Shown: one piece after another, positions 36,533 to 49,437 of the stretch
Numbering within the stretch: the first letter of the stretch is position 1
Layout of the letters: each line of letters opens with the position of its first letter
Origin: Heterodontus francisci
Taxonomy: Eukaryota
DNA length: 64,000 bases
Direction of reading: 5' to 3'
Assembly (NCBI RefSeq): GCF_036365525.1
Contig: NC_090388.1
Coordinates: 61,591,726-61,655,725 of the forward strand
Translations under genes and position numbers: made by a program
Notes under the pieces: model-generated
The model's input: the letters and a program-made list of their open reading frames with translations, nothing else
Told to the model about the DNA's origin: nothing
Databases searched by the model: none

Positions 36533-39169
36533 CTAGGTGATTTTCTTAATATGCTTGCAGGTGCTGCTACGTGGTGTGACCCCTGTGCTAACAGCTGTGC
36601 TGGAGGCAGGCTGCTGATCAGGATGCCACTTGGCCTGAGATGACTTTGGCGGCTGTCTTGTGGGTGCCTGAAGCCTGGAGGGCACCGGCTGCCTGAGGGT
36701 TTCCTGTACTGATGCAGGACTCTCCTCAGGCATTATGGCTGCTGGAGCTGGGCTCATTGTCTCCTGGTCCTTCTCTTGCCTTGCTGCTGCTGAGTTGAGC
36801 TCATGGCCAAGGTGATGGTGTGCAGTTCCTGCCACATCTGTGGAATCTGGCTAACCTTGTCGATGGGGGAAGCCATGTGTTCATATTCCTGAGACATAGC
36901 AGCACTCATGGCATGGATGGACTCCTCCATCATCTGCTCATGGCAGTTCCAAGCCTCTCGCATCTCAGTCAGATGTCGCCTTACTTCTCCCTGCAACTCC
37001 AGCATGCCCTGTGCTGTCGATAACAGAGGCTTGTCATCAGCCTGGGACTCAGCATGGGCCTGGTCACCCACAGTCTGAATGTCAGAGGCCTCGGTTGTCT
37101 CAGCCTCAACCAGCTGCTCAGGCGCATGTGCAGTGCTCTCATCAGCTTCTGATCCTGATTCTAAAGCCAATCGACTACCCACTGAGGTGAAAGTATCTGT
37201 GCTGGTGGAAGGTACAGGAGAGTCATCGGACGGTGCATCCTCTGAGTGGTCCTCCTCCTCAGAGGTTGATGAGTGTCGCCCTGCAAATGCAATCTCCAGC
37301 ACTTGCCAACCTGCATGATAGAACAAAAACATGCTTGGGTTAGCCTGCACATGTCCCATTATGGCAAACATGTCTGAGGTGGCACGCCATCGTTAAATTA
37401 TTTTTTGTTGAATCACTCACTTGCGCAGAGACCCCAGACTCCCCATCAGATATAGCAGGTCCACCTTGGCTCTCCGCTAGTTCTAAGGCCTTTATTCAGC
37501 CTGGCTGAAAGGATGTATGTGTGGGACACCAGTCCTGGCCACCTCCATCCTGTATGGGCCCTCTTCTCCTGCAAGAGGAAGGAGGTTGCCATGCTCATGG
37601 GAAGTGCAGCAGTGGAAATACAAAAGTAAACTGGAAAGTTATTAAAAAAGAAACAATTTAAAAGGCTGGTGCACTTGCCTTCAACAAGATGGAGGACAAA
37701 GTCACATGACATACACCTGCACTGTAATACACATGTCTGCTAGAACTAAAACTCGTTAATCCTGTCTGCACTGAAATTGTAAACAGCTCACAATACATGG
37801 ATATAAGCTATCCACAAGAACGACCTAAAACAAATGCACTCACAGATGCCGTCTCCAGCTACAATCACTACAATAAAGTGTGAAAATACCTCATCTTATC
37901 AAAATAGACTGCCATCAGAGGCTATTGTATAGTCCTTCAGAACTGAAACCTACAGTCACATGGGTGAAACTAACACTTAATGAGTTTACCTTTTTTGGAG
38001 TATATCAGGATTTCAAGACATCAGCCAGAGAACTTCAGCCACAGTGAGAACATCGAATACCATCTTCAATTCCAACACAAGGCTGAGAGAGAGAGATCAA
38101 TTCTAGCTAAGGCAGTTGAACTCTGCAGAGATAAGTTTGCAACCAACTGCAGTAGAGAAATAAGAGAGTGATTTTTAAACAACTCCTCCACCTGTAAAAA
38201 TTGAACTAAGAAATACCAGCACTGTCTTCAAACGGAAATGTTAACTGCCAGAAGACTTTAACAGCCCAGAAAATGCAAGACAATCAGCAAACAGGCCTGC
38301 AACTTTAAAAGCTTACTTTCAAGAGGATCCCACAGGTTTTTCCTAAAAGCAGCAGGCTTTTACACCTTGAACTCATAATGCCTCTTACCTTTTACCTTCT
38401 ATCTATCTTTTCTTGAGTGTGCATGTGAAAGTGAATGTGTGCGTGGATGGTGTTGCAATCATTTCAGGTGATTATTGTTCACTAAATATTTAATCTTCTG
38501 TTTCAAACCCACGGGAAAACCTGTCACAGTCTGTTTAAGTGGCAAACAAAGCACAGGGGCTGAAACACCAGTTTAACAAAAACACTATCAGCTGTCAGTT
38601 GGGAGGTGACAAGTAGAAACCAGCCACCCCATTACCCAACTGCTTGTAACAATGTTGAAATTATAAATTGGCATACGTTTTACCATGACTATTCTGCTAC
38701 CATGGGCCTCTCATCACCAACTGGATGATGTGATGCATCTCATACTGACTCATGCTGTCATGGGATTTACTGGGGCTGAGTAATGAAAGAGGGTGGCTTG
38801 TTTCCCAGATGCAGACATGCATTTGTCATGATGATATTATAACCTCGCTGTCTTTTGGCACCCTCGCCATGTTGAACACTCTGTATTGCCATCCAAACCC
38901 CAGAAAGAAACTTTGGAACATAACACTCACCTTGGCTGAACACAAGAGGTCATTGACCCTCTTCCTGCACTGCACCCAGTTTTGTTGGGTACCCCACAGT
39001 TGCTAACCTCCTCTGCGATCTCCACCCAGGCTTGCTTGGTCAGGCGGGAGGACCTCTTCTTGCTATCACTGGGGAAGAGAACCTCTCGCCTTTCCCTTGC
39101 AGCCTGGAGGAGAATCAACAGGGGGGCATCACTGAAGCATGGGACCACCCTATGTCTGACTTCTGACAT
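36533..39169 (-). pseudogene. Harbinger Myb/SANT-like gene relic, three exons (~39169-38931, 37568-37421, 37280-36533)
   Basis: PCFSDAPLLILLQAARERREVLFP..KQAWVEIAEEVS; GT-AG sites AAG|GTGAGT, TGCAG|GAGAAG, AA|GTGAGT, TTGCAG|GG; acidic/Ser-rich then coiled-coil-like last exon. Confidence 0.8.
37611..38651 (+). mobile_element. Probable solo LTR (family D) in the Myb gene intron
   Basis: Ends ..TTGTAACA; same layout as families A/B (GTCACATGAC, TG-rich tract, 3' GGGCT..AAC motif); 5' end and TSD not resolved. Confidence 0.5.
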
Positions 39170-39759
39170 CCTCTCCTGTCTTCCTTGAGCAGGCGACGGG
39201 GGTGGTGATTGTTAAAGTTGACAGTGATGTGAACTTTAAAGTGCAACAGCTAAATGACTTTCTGTAGAATGCAAGGAAGGAGTGAATGCAGGCTGGCATG
39301 CTTTTAAAAATGGCACCAGCACTTGATTTGATATCAGCTGACGCCGTGATCGGCGTCTCGCCTGCTGCCCCCACCACATGCTTAGGGGTGACCGCTGCCT
39401 CCATTATGTTAAATGGTCGCCCACCATGATTACGGGGTGGTGGTTCATTAAATCCAACCCTTACTGTCTGTTTCTATCTCTCATACACATTAAGTCACTC
39501 TCATAATCTCTCACTCTAATACTGCCATGCCTTGTCTCTCTTTCCCTTACAAACACACAATCTGTCGCTGTCCCACAAACGGATTCCACCTAGATAGGTG
39601 GCACTGTTGTAAGGCTGTATATGATGACTTCTAAAACTGGTGGATAAGTGGAGCTGCGAGGAATGTAAACCATAAATTATGAAAACTTTCCTTCTCTCTT
39701 GATTTATCCTTCTCTAACGTACTCTCTCAGTCTAGTTCCCTCTTCCTCTACCTTGCTCT

Positions 39760-39860
39760 CATAGAATGGTTACAGCACAGAAGGTGGCCATTCAGCCTGT
39801 CATGTCCATGCCGGCTCTCTCCCAACAATTTCTCAGTCCTGGCCTTTTGCCTGTCCCCCA
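39760..39860 (-). mobile_element. CR1 3' tail fragment
   Basis: CATAGAATGGTTACAGCACAGAAGGTGGCCATTCAGCC matches the tail at 4045-4085. Confidence 0.7.
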
Positions 39861-40378
39861 AAAGTTTTCTTCGGCCACTTCTCTCCTTGGCCTTGATGTT
39901 TCACCTCCCCCCACCCCCCACCAATATATCAGGCTCCAGTCACTGGTTCATTCATCATACTTTGTTTCTAAATAGCCCTATTAAGTCATAAGGCAATATG
40001 GTTCCTGACTCACAAGAGTGCTACATCACAGGACATATATCTATACATAAAATCTAGCTATCTTCAGGTCATACAACATCATCATCTTTACTATAATTTC
40101 ACCTAAGCTGTAATGCCCAATTTGCACTAAGTTTGGTCACCAGGTAGCACAAGGAAAAAGAAATTAAGCATGATGAAACAACGCCAGTCATTGTAAAGAA
40201 TAGCGTATATTCAACAATGCATTTACTCCATTATTTGTCTTTAATTTCCTGTCACTACTCAATGCATGCTGTAGATTCCATTTTTTTTCAAGCATGTTAG
40301 TTTCAAAACCTGCTGATTTTATTTTTTCTCCCATCCTGAAAACAATGGTTCTGATTTGAATATGTCCCACACTTGCTG

Positions 40379-41117
40379 GGGGGAGTTTTATGCTCTCCCT
40401 CACAGCGGGTTTGGAGGCAGGAACAGCATTTATTCAGGCGGGATGGTGGCGGGGGGGGGGGAAACCCCACCAACTTTCCGCCTCCACCCAAATTAAGTCC
40501 GGGGTGGGAAGGCCTGTGAACGACTTTCTCACCCTGCCAGCAATTGAGGCCCTTAAGTGGGCAATTAATGTTCAATTAAGGGCCCCATCCTGCCTCCACT
40601 GTTATTAGCCCAGCGGCGGTCGGGCCTCTCGCCACACGGGGAGCGTGCCAAGCAAACCCACATGGGTTGCTTGGCATCTCCAGGGGTGGGGGATTCCATC
40701 GTTAAAAGGCACTTAGCGCATGAATGAAGCAACTGGCATTGCGAAGGGGCCCGCTAAGAGCCACTCCCTGCCGTTGCTACCAAGCCCCCCTACACACTCT
40801 TCCCCCACAACCCCCACACCACGAAACCCCTCCCGCCCTGACTCACCTGTGGTCTCGATCCAGTGTTTCCAATGAGTCCAGTGCCGGTAGCAGCCACCAC
40901 CTCCATGGTGGCACTGCTCAGTAAAAGAGCTGTTGGCCTCTGATTGGCTGACTTCTGTTGCTGGGGTCCTGAATCCCAGCAAAGGCCCACTGCTGTCCAC
41001 TTAAGTGCCTAATTGGCACATAATCTGGCGGGCCTTCTCCAGAGGTGGCAACGCGGTGCTTTCGCCAGTACTTTTGCAGGTGGCCGAGACCCCCGTCGTC
41101 AGATAAAATCCCCGCCG
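40379..41117. mobile_element. Harbinger-type MITE
   Basis: Ends GGGGGAGTTTTAT / ATAAAATCCCC; internal palindrome GGCCCTTAA..TTAAGGGCC shared with 48698-49437. Confidence 0.75.
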
Positions 41118-41786
41118 CTGGGTGCCCTTCAATATTAGTATGAAATTTTTATGGTTGAATCACAATCATTTCACTGTGGAAAAAAGACATTTAAAAAAAA
41201 ATTACTGCCCCACTTTAACTTGGCCATTAAAATTTGACCTTTAAAAACAAGCGTGTGTACAGTCTAAAGGTATCTGTTGAGGCTACGTCACAACGTTGCT
41301 TTCAGCAACACACAGGCCTCACTGCTAATATCCAATGGGGTAGATAAGCCAGTTCATTTTACACAGCCTGAATACAAAGTCAGAGATAACCAAAACCAAG
41401 AATAAATATGTGTAGTGCTGGGTGGCACAGTGAATATAAAACTCTGTGTTTTGTCGTTGATCTAGTTTATTAGTCATAATGTGGAGCTGTTTGATGTAAG
41501 GTTCTCAAATGAGGGCATGGAAAGAGGAAGATTTGGATTTATTCTTAACATAAGGAACTATTTCTAATTTTAATTAAATGGAGTGTAATGCACAGCTGGT
41601 AATAATTATAAGACAGATATCAAACACAGGAGAACCTCAAAAGTTTTAGCCATAAACCTGAACATTAGACAGGCCTTCTAATCACTCTTTTGCATTTTTT
41701 AAAAAGCAATATGTATGGGGCCGATTTTCCAATACCTTCCCTCTTGAAAATGTCTGTGACTGGACCATTTCTTACCAGTTTCTTCA

Positions 41787-44037
41787 AATGAGAACCAGGC
41801 CAAATACAATAAGTTAAGAGGGGAAGTGAAGAGGAAAATACGACTGGCAAAGAGTGAATATGAGAATAGAATGGCAGTTAATATAAAAGAGAACCCAAAT
41901 ATCTTCCACTGACATGTAAATAGTAAGCAGTTGTTAAGAGGCTGGGTGGGGCCTATTAGGGACAAAGAGGGTGATGTATGCTTAGAGGTGCAGGGCAAAG
42001 CTAAAATACATAATGAGTACTTTGTATTGGTGTTTACTAAGGAAGAGGATGCTGACAAAATATCGATAGAAGCAGAGATGGTAGAGATAATGGATGGGGT
42101 GAAAATTGATAAGCAGGATGTACTGGATAGGCTGGTTTTGCTTAGAATGGATAAGTCGCCTGGTCCAGATGGCTTGCATCCCAGATTGCTAAAGGAGGTG
42201 GGCATAGAGATAGTGGAAGGGCTTGCCATAATCTTCCAACCTTCCCCAGAAACAGGGAAAGTGCCAAAGGATTGGAGAGTGGTAAATGTGACATCCTTAT
42301 TCAAGAAAGGGTGTAAGAACAGTCCTAGTAACTACAGGCCGGTCAGTTTTACATCTGTGATGGGTAAGATTTCAGAACCAATAATGAGAGAAAAAAATCA
42401 ACAGTGACCCGGGTTCAGTTCTGGGTACTACCTATGCGAAGTTTGCAAGTTCTCCCTGTGACCGCGTGGGTTTCTGCCGGGTGCTCCGGTTTCCTTCCAC
42501 AGCCAAAGACTTGCAGGTTGATAGGTAAATTGGCCATGGCAAATTGCCCCTAGTGTAGATAGGTGGTAGGAGAATTGAGGGAAGGTGGGGATGTGGTAGG
42601 GAATATGGGATTAATGTAGGATTAGTATAAATGGGTGGTTGTTGGTCGGCACAGACTCGGTGGGCCGAAGGGCCTGTTTCAGTGCTGTATCTCTAAATAA
42701 AAATAAAAAGAATAAAGACTTGGAGACGTTTGAGTTAATTAGGGAGAGCAGCACAGGTTTGTAAGAGCCAGATCATACTTGACTAATCAAGTTGATTTTT
42801 TGATGAAATAACAGAGAAGGTTGATGAAGGGAAAGCAATGGATGTTGTTTATATGGATTTTGAGAAAGCCTTTGACAAAGTATCACATAAAAGGCTGGTT
42901 AACACAGTTGAGGCTCAAGGAATAGGACAGTCAGCTTGGATAAAAAATTGGCTTATGGACAGAAAACAGCGAGTTGTGGTAAATGGTTGATTTTCAGACT
43001 GAAGGATGGTAGACAGTGGTGTTCCCCAAGGTTCAGTGCTACCCAAGGTTCAGTGCTAGGACCACTGTTTTTTTGATATACATAAATGACTTGGATGTTG
43101 GAATACAAAATAAAATTTCAAAAATAGCTGATGATACCAAATTCGGAGGTGTGAGACAGTGGGGATGATACCAATCAATGCAACAGAACATAGATAGGCC
43201 AGCAGAAAGGGCAGATAAGTGGCAGATGGAATATAATATCGACAAATGTGAAATGATGCATTTTGGCAAAAGGCATAGCGAGAGGCAATATAGACTTAAT
43301 GGCACAGTTTTAAGGAGTGCACAGGGACAGAGGGACCCGGGGGTGCATATGCATCGATCTTTGAAGGTGGCTGTACATATTGAGAGAGTGGTTAGCAAAG
43401 CATATGGGATCTTGGGCTTCAAAAATAGAGGTATTGAGAACAAAAGCAGGGAGGTTATGGTGAAGCTTTATAAAGATCTGGTTAAGCCACAACTGGAGTA
43501 TTGCATCCAGTTCTGGTTACCGCACTTTAAGAAGGATGTGAGGAGTCTTGCAAGGGTGCAGAGGAGATTTCCCAGAATGGTTCCAGGGAATGAGGGATTT
43601 TAGCTAAAACATTAGGTTGGAGAGCTGGGATTGTTCTCCTTGGTGCAAAGGAGAGTGAGGGGAGCTTTAATAAAGGTGTACAAGATTATGACAGGGTTGG
43701 ATAGGGCAGACAAAGAAAAGCTGCTCCCATTAATTGAGGACTAGGGGACACAGATTTAAGATTTTGGACATGAGGTGCAGGAGGGATGTGAGGAAGAACT
43801 TTTTTTATGCAGCGAGTGGTAATGACCTGGAACTCGCTGTCTACGAGGGTGGTGAAAGCGGAGACGATGAATGATTTCAAAAGGAAATTGGATGGGCACT
43901 TGAGGGAAATAAACTTACAGGGCTATGGGGATAGAGTGGGGGAATGAGACTGATTGGATTATTCTACAGAGAGCTGACATGGATTCGATAGGCCGAATAG
44001 CCTCCTTCTGTGCCGTAATGACTCCCTGACTCTATGA
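41787..44037 (+). mobile_element. CR1 LINE, 5'-truncated, decayed, with nested HE1 SINE
   Basis: KSPGPDGLHPRLLKE, NYRPVSFTS, GVPQGSVLG, IADDTK, LVKPQLEYCIQFW; tail ..GACTCTATGA. Confidence 0.95.
42404..42715 (+). mobile_element. HE1-like V-SINE, 5'-truncated at the B box
   Basis: Nearly identical to the reverse complement of 5850-6135; A-rich tail. Confidence 0.9.
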
Positions 44038-44492
44038 AATAATTTCTTAATTTAAATTCCCTGATCTGAAGCAGGCGTTTGATGCCTGAAATCATGGTTT
44101 CCCATCACAGACATCTTGTTCAGGATGATAAATAGGGATTAGATATAAAAAAACAACTGCAGGGACACTGGATAGCTGATGTTACAGCCTACTGAGGACA
44201 AGACTTCAACTGATTTAGGAAAATTATGTTTTTTTTCCCCAGAGAATATTAATCCAAGTGCTCTGAGCAACATGAAGACTGGTCCTAATTAACTTTAACA
44301 TTGTTCCAAACATCAGTGAGTGGACAGGCAATTATCACTAACGATTTAAATAAAAAGCCCAAATTGTTGCAATTTGTAAATTCTGAACAGCATGTGAAAT
44401 GTGGGTGATGTGCTCTTATTGCCTACCTCTAATCATATAGTAAGTTCAACTTGCAAATTCTTCCCTAAAGACTGTTTTATATATGTATATAT

Positions 44493-44736
44493 TGTTATAC
44501 TATCTGTAAAGTGTTAAGAACTAATTAGCTAGGAGCTAGTTGCTATGTATAAGTGTTCCCGGGGGGGGGGGGCTTCATTCACGGCTGCACTGGGGAGTCA
44601 TGTTGTATGTAACACAAGAACTAGTTCAACCAGGTTCTACAGCACAGGCAATGATGTTGAAATAAACAAGACTGACTCCAGCCTTTTCCAAGTTTAAAGT
44701 GTGATTCTATCCAACATCTGGGAACCAGAAACAACA
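44493..44736 (+). mobile_element. Possible short solo LTR
   Basis: TGTTATA start, TATAA, AATAAA near 44662, ..CAACA ends; TSD ambiguous. Confidence 0.35.
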
Positions 44737-44829
44737 TAAAGATGAAACAGACTAACTGTTATAGAGGAACTTTACCCTGCTTCTGACAGACTTTGGCTGG
44801 CTGGTAGCTCACTACTCTGGGAGGTTAAA

Positions 44830-45085
44830 TAAGTAGCGATGAATATAGGTAAAAGAATTTACACAAAGGAAGAGGTTTAGGGAGGACTAAAGTGCAGTGA
44901 ACAGAGGATAGAGGGTTTGGGGAGCTGAGATGGTGATTGAAATCATCAGAAATGAGGAGTTGCTCAATGCAGAGGCAGGGGGAGAGAAGGAGGGAGGTCA
45001 TCTCAGGGGAATCTCAGGATAGAGTTTGGGAGGACTGTACAAAATTAGTATTTTAAAAGAGGTGAAAGAGTTTCAAGATGAATGT
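44830..45085 (-). mobile_element. L2 LINE endonuclease-region fragment, decayed
   Basis: Minus-strand FKILILYSPPK..LLISDDFNHHL resembles the APE motifs YRPP..GDFN. Confidence 0.55.
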
Positions 45086-45094
45086 TTTAATGTG

Positions 45095-46153
45095 TGTTAC
45101 GACTGAGGTGGAAGGAGTGCACTGTTAATTCAATCCCACTTCTCCACAGGTCACAACATATCAATAAATTTTCCCACTTACCGAAACAATCAATTAGATC
45201 CTCTATTTGTCCCCAGAATAAAGCACACCAACCAGGTTTCTTTAATAAACAACAAAAAGTATCCATTTATTATAAACCAAGTCTTAACCAATAATTAAGT
45301 AAATATATAAGTGAATTGAAATATTAAAGCTCCGTATTTCTATCCTAGTCCTCACATACACACACTCATATACACAACCGGCTAACCAAAGAAAAAGGGT
45401 ATTTGTTTCCAGCTGTTACAAAGAAATAGAAGGACTAAAAAAAAAACTTAGACTGAGAAGCGGATATGGAAGTCCTTTGTTTTTGGTGAGGTGTCCCAAA
45501 GTCAAATAGGAGGCTGCCACTAGGAATATTTCCAAGCGAGGCTGATGAACACTCTGTTTGGGTAGGCATTCAAACTACAGAAGGCTTCACATATGTCTTC
45601 CATCAGATGTGCAGCAACACAGGTTTTAGTTCTCACACATTTGATGTAAAGTCCTTTTTGAAGGCGCAAGGTTTCTGCAACCATTCAAGATTTCTTCAAA
45701 ATGCAGGAGGCAACAGTACAACATCATATAGGCTTTTGCTTTTCAAGAGCAGGGATTCTTCAAAGAGAGGTAACAGTGTTTTCTTCTGATCCTGGCAGGT
45801 CCATATGCAGATTTCCAAATGCCTCCTTTAGTCCACAAACCAGCTCAAACAGTTCAAAGTGAAACCAGTTTTATTTCCAGGCAGGTCCTATGATAATCAT
45901 AAATCCTGTCTTATCACAACACAAAAATAGCTCTTAAGTCAACCCCCCTGCTATGGTTACTTGAAATCACATGCTTTCCAGTAAAAACTTGTTTACTGGT
46001 CAACCTTTTATTCACCTTCCTTTTTAAAAATAACACTCAAAGTTCAGCCTCTTCAGTTTTAAAACATAGATTCCAGATGAATCAGTGACCACAATCCAAC
46101 TATAATTTCTTAAAACATATTTTACACAGAAAAACAGAAGCACTAACTTAACA
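45095..46153 (-). mobile_element. Solo LTR, family A (diverged subfamily)
   Basis: TGTTACGACTGAGG start identical to 14540; ..TTAACA end; TSD TGTG (45091-45094, 46154-46157). Confidence 0.85.
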
Positions 46154-46689
46154 TGTGCCGGATGATTGATGGTGGGGGTGGGGGGTTGGGGTGGGGGATG
46201 GTGCGCAGTAGGAGGAGACCCAAGTGTGACTTGGTGAGAATAGCCACCGTAGTAATACTGGATGATAATCTGGTGCTGATTCTTTGCCCCTGGTCCAACT
46301 TGGGTAAACTGACTTATACCCAAATTTAAACACTTTTTTTAAATGGGATTTAAAATCAGAGACAGATCCTCAATGAATATGTGAGCACTGGTGAATAATG
46401 GAAAAGGGTGGAAATGGATTCTGACAAAGCGAAATACTGAAAAATATCCATTAATAATGAATACAAATGATAATAGAAATATGTCACCTGAGATGAAGAG
46501 TAATTTTTCCTGCCTTTAAACAGTCTTTCACTGTGGCAACTCTTCCTCCCCCACACTCTCTCTCCCCCCATACTGTCTGCCTCTCATCCTCCCACCACTC
46601 TTCCAATACATCTAGAACCGTGCTGTGGTGGTGCTATGCCCAAGGGCAGGTTCTCTGCACTTTTTCTCCACCCAGGAGAGATGAACATG

Positions 46690-46808
46690 ACTAGGGAAGA
46701 GGGTGTATGAGGTGGTTTCCCATTGCCTTCCTCAGACTGAAACAGGAATTAAACCAGTGCTGCTAATGTTGTTCTAAACCATTTAGCCAACTAAGCTACC
46801 CAGTCCCC
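46690..46808 (-). mobile_element. Degenerate tRNA-headed SINE fragment
   Basis: Minus strand GGGGACTGGGTAGCTTAGTTGG (A box-like)...GGTTTAATTCC (B box-like). Confidence 0.45.
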
Positions 46809-47101
46809 GCAGCTAGTATATCCAAAAGATAATCAAATGACTGATTTCTAAATGTATAAGGAGAAGACTTACTCTAGGCAGTGTTTTTTTTGTTTCTAAC
46901 AATGTGAGGGTTGTGAAGGCCAGCGATTATGAACAGGATATTTTAGAAGCAGGCAAAGATTACTCCAACAATCTATCCTTCCATCCCTCTTTCTTGAGAA
47001 TCTAGTTGTCCCTTGGGTTTGCAACTGTGGAATTTAATTTATAACTGTCTCCAGCATCCCAAGATGTGTGCATATTGTCCCATACCCAAAATCTAACCAC
47101 A

Positions 47102-47200
47102 TCTCTTCTTTGGCCTCCTTGTCTGGAGAGACAATGGGTAAGCGCCTGGAGGTGGTCAGTGGTTTGTGAAGCAGCACCTGGAGTGGCTATAAAGGCCAAG
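47102..47200 (-). mobile_element. RTE LINE extreme 3' fragment (99 bp)
   Basis: Near-identical to 11980-12075; 10-bp TSD TCTAACCACA at 47092-47101 and 47201-47210. Confidence 0.92.
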
Positions 47201-47224
47201 TCTAACCACAACAGAAGTCAGATT

Positions 47225-47375
47225 TGGGGGAACTGTATTCTCCTTCGCTGTCTTGAATAAAGCCATGGGACTCCTTCCCAACCACCTGAGAGGCAGTCAG
47301 GCCCCAGCCTAATGCTTCATCTAGACCATAACACTTTCTACACTGCAGCACTCCCAAACAATAGCACTGCAAGCA
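47225..47375 (-). mobile_element. Deu-domain SINE core fragment
   Basis: GCCATGGGA..CCACCTGAGAGGCAG..TGCAGCACTCCC is the reverse complement of the core at 49880-50000. Confidence 0.65.
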
Positions 47376-47960
47376 AGATTCAAAACACAGTCAAGAAATA
47401 ACTTTGAGTTTCAAAGAAAACAGCTAACCTCTCGGTCATCACTAAAAGCAGAAAATATAAACTGTTAGGACAACACAAGAGAATAATTTGCTGCGAGAAG
47501 GGTTTGAATATGTAAATGGAAACCCCAATGGATTTCAAGTCCAATGTATAGCCTCTTGCCCATCACAGCTACATGTGAATTGTATTGGACCCCAAGTCAG
47601 AATTTTGTTGTTTCTTAATTCTGCTCCATCATTCAATTCAAGCCATGTTTCAGACACAGAGGCAATTTTTTTCGTTAAAACTTTCAATATAGTATGCAGG
47701 ATTCACACTCATGTCGATAAAGTAATATTACATTTTAGAAGTGTTTCAGTAATTCAATGACTCATTGTTAAGGGGACGTTGCAATTAGAGTCCTTTCATC
47801 AGCAGTGTTCGCTTCAGCCACTGGTCAAGAGAAAAAATGCACTTCATCAAGATTCCTGGGAGTAGACTGGAGACAGAAGATAGGAAATCATTCCCTGTCT
47901 CAATGATCTTTGGGGACTTCCAGCGGCCATTCTCTAGCATCAGTCAGAGGGCTCTGGTGC

Positions 47961-48140
47961 CAGATGTTAACAGTGCAGCTTCAGACCTACCACTCAGCAG
48001 CTGCATGCTTGTTTCCTCTCCTATATAGGCCAAAATGCAGGAAACACTTCTGGCCTGGATGGCTGGATTGCAAAATAACAGACCAGAATTATGTGTTTCT
48101 GCTGCTTGCTATTTATAGTTGCTACTACTGCTGCTATTGG
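47961..48140. promoter_or_regulatory. Candidate cis-regulatory module (E-box, CArG, MEF2, CCAAT)
   Basis: CAGCTG 47998-48003, CCTATATAGG 48020-48029, CTATTTATAG 48109-48118, ATTGG 48136-48140 in unique sequence; motif matches only. Confidence 0.35.
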
Positions 48141-48354
48141 TCAGAGGGTGTGAATGAAAAATGAGCACTGCGGGGGGGGGTTTCAGCTCACAATTGACAC
48201 TGAAACATCGATGCCCTGTGACAATGGAACAAACACTAATTGTAACAAAGCTGTTCAAATATTGATGGTACTTTTACTATACTAGTCCAATAAATACTTT
48301 AACAGAAACAATTAAAAAAAATGTAGCTCCCTGAAATTTATCCAGATAAGCAAC

Positions 48355-48655
48355 ACAAACCAGAAAGGCTGCAGGTCCATGCTGGGTGAGCTGACCTCAG
48401 CTGGGACAACCATGGTGGTACCACAATTAGACACCTGTGGGGAAAAAAACAGCCAGGTTCCTGCTCCAGCTTACAGTCTAGTGACACTTGCTAAAAATGG
48501 ATGTCAAGTGAGGACATTATTGAGCTGTGATATTCTCTGCAGTCAAATAACCTGCTGATATTGACTTTTAAAGGATCACCCATTTAAGACAGGGTAGCAG
48601 AGGCCACCTGTGGAAACAAACTCCAGCAAGGACTCAATACCTTCAGGAGAGATTA
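48355..48655 (+). mobile_element. Old SINE-like repeat (family X)
   Basis: Collinear similarity to 7208-7745 and to the minus-strand copies at 14035 and 55530. Confidence 0.5.
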
Positions 48656-48697
48656 CAAGAATACTGGTGGGAAAAAGAATATATTTTTAAACATTTT

Positions 48698-49437
48698 GGT
48701 CGGAATTTTACACCCCCCCCCCAAAGAGTGGGTTGGTGGCGGTGGGGGGCGTAAAATAGAGTGGAAGACTCGAGGGGCCCTTCCCAACCTGCTCCTGCCT
48801 CCGCCACCATTTTACACAGGGTGGCAGCGGCAAAAACCGGCCCACGCGTCCCAGGCCAATCAAGGCCCTTAAGTGGCCGGTTAACGGCCAGTTAAGGGCC
48901 TCTGCCCGCCACCATGGGGATCTTACCCTTGGCTGCTTGGGTGGCCCAGGCCTGAGAAAAATCGCCTGACGGCTTTCTGATGGCCTGGGGGGGATGCCCT
49001 ATGATCAGGCACCCTGTACCCAAAGGAGGGCCGCCCACGATGTCCCAACCAGCTCCAACACCCAATACGACCCCCTTCCCCCAATCGCCCAATCGACCAC
49101 CCTTGACTTGCCAGGGCCCGACCGATCACCCCCAGCGGGGCCCCAAAGACTTACCTTTTCCCAGGGCTGTCTTTCCTCTTCTGCTTGTTGACTCTGGAGT
49201 TGCAGTCCCAGCAGTAGCCACCGCTCTCGGTGGCACTACTGGGACTAAGAGCTGCCGGCCCGCATCTCCATTAGGCGGGACTTCCTGCCTCAATGAGGTG
49301 GAAGTCCTGCCGCAGAATAATTGAAGGCCTGGGGACCGTAAAATACGGTCCGGATCCCCAGGCCAGTCAGAGGCAGGTTTGCCACTGACTTCTCAGTCAG
49401 TGGACGGCTCCCACCCAACGAGGGTAAAATTCAGCCC
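48698..49437. mobile_element. Harbinger-type MITE
   Basis: TIRs GGTCGGAATTTTAC / GTAAAATTCAGCCC; TSD TTT (48695-48697, 49438-49440). Confidence 0.85.

Larger units (their letters stand above)
32363..39460. mobile_element. PIF/Harbinger transposon 2 (two-gene, decayed) with nested LTRs and CR1
   Basis: TIR-like ends GAGCTGAATTT / AAATCCAACCC; TSD TTA (32360-32362, 39461-39463); convergent transposase and Myb relics. Confidence 0.85.

Noticed and set aside
36754-37371. 205-aa ORF as a host gene
   Set aside because: It is the last exon of the Harbinger 2 Myb/SANT relic plus read-through intron
43025-43058. 17-bp tandem duplication CCCAAGGTTCAGTGCTA in the CR1 RT
   Set aside because: Ordinary post-insertion slippage in a dead copy; likewise the 15-bp duplication near 53065-53092
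14540-46153. Family A LTR pair (or family B pair 26724/62897) as the two ends of one giant provirus
   Set aside because: Each A copy has its own distinct TSD, the copies are diverged, and no gag/pol lies between them
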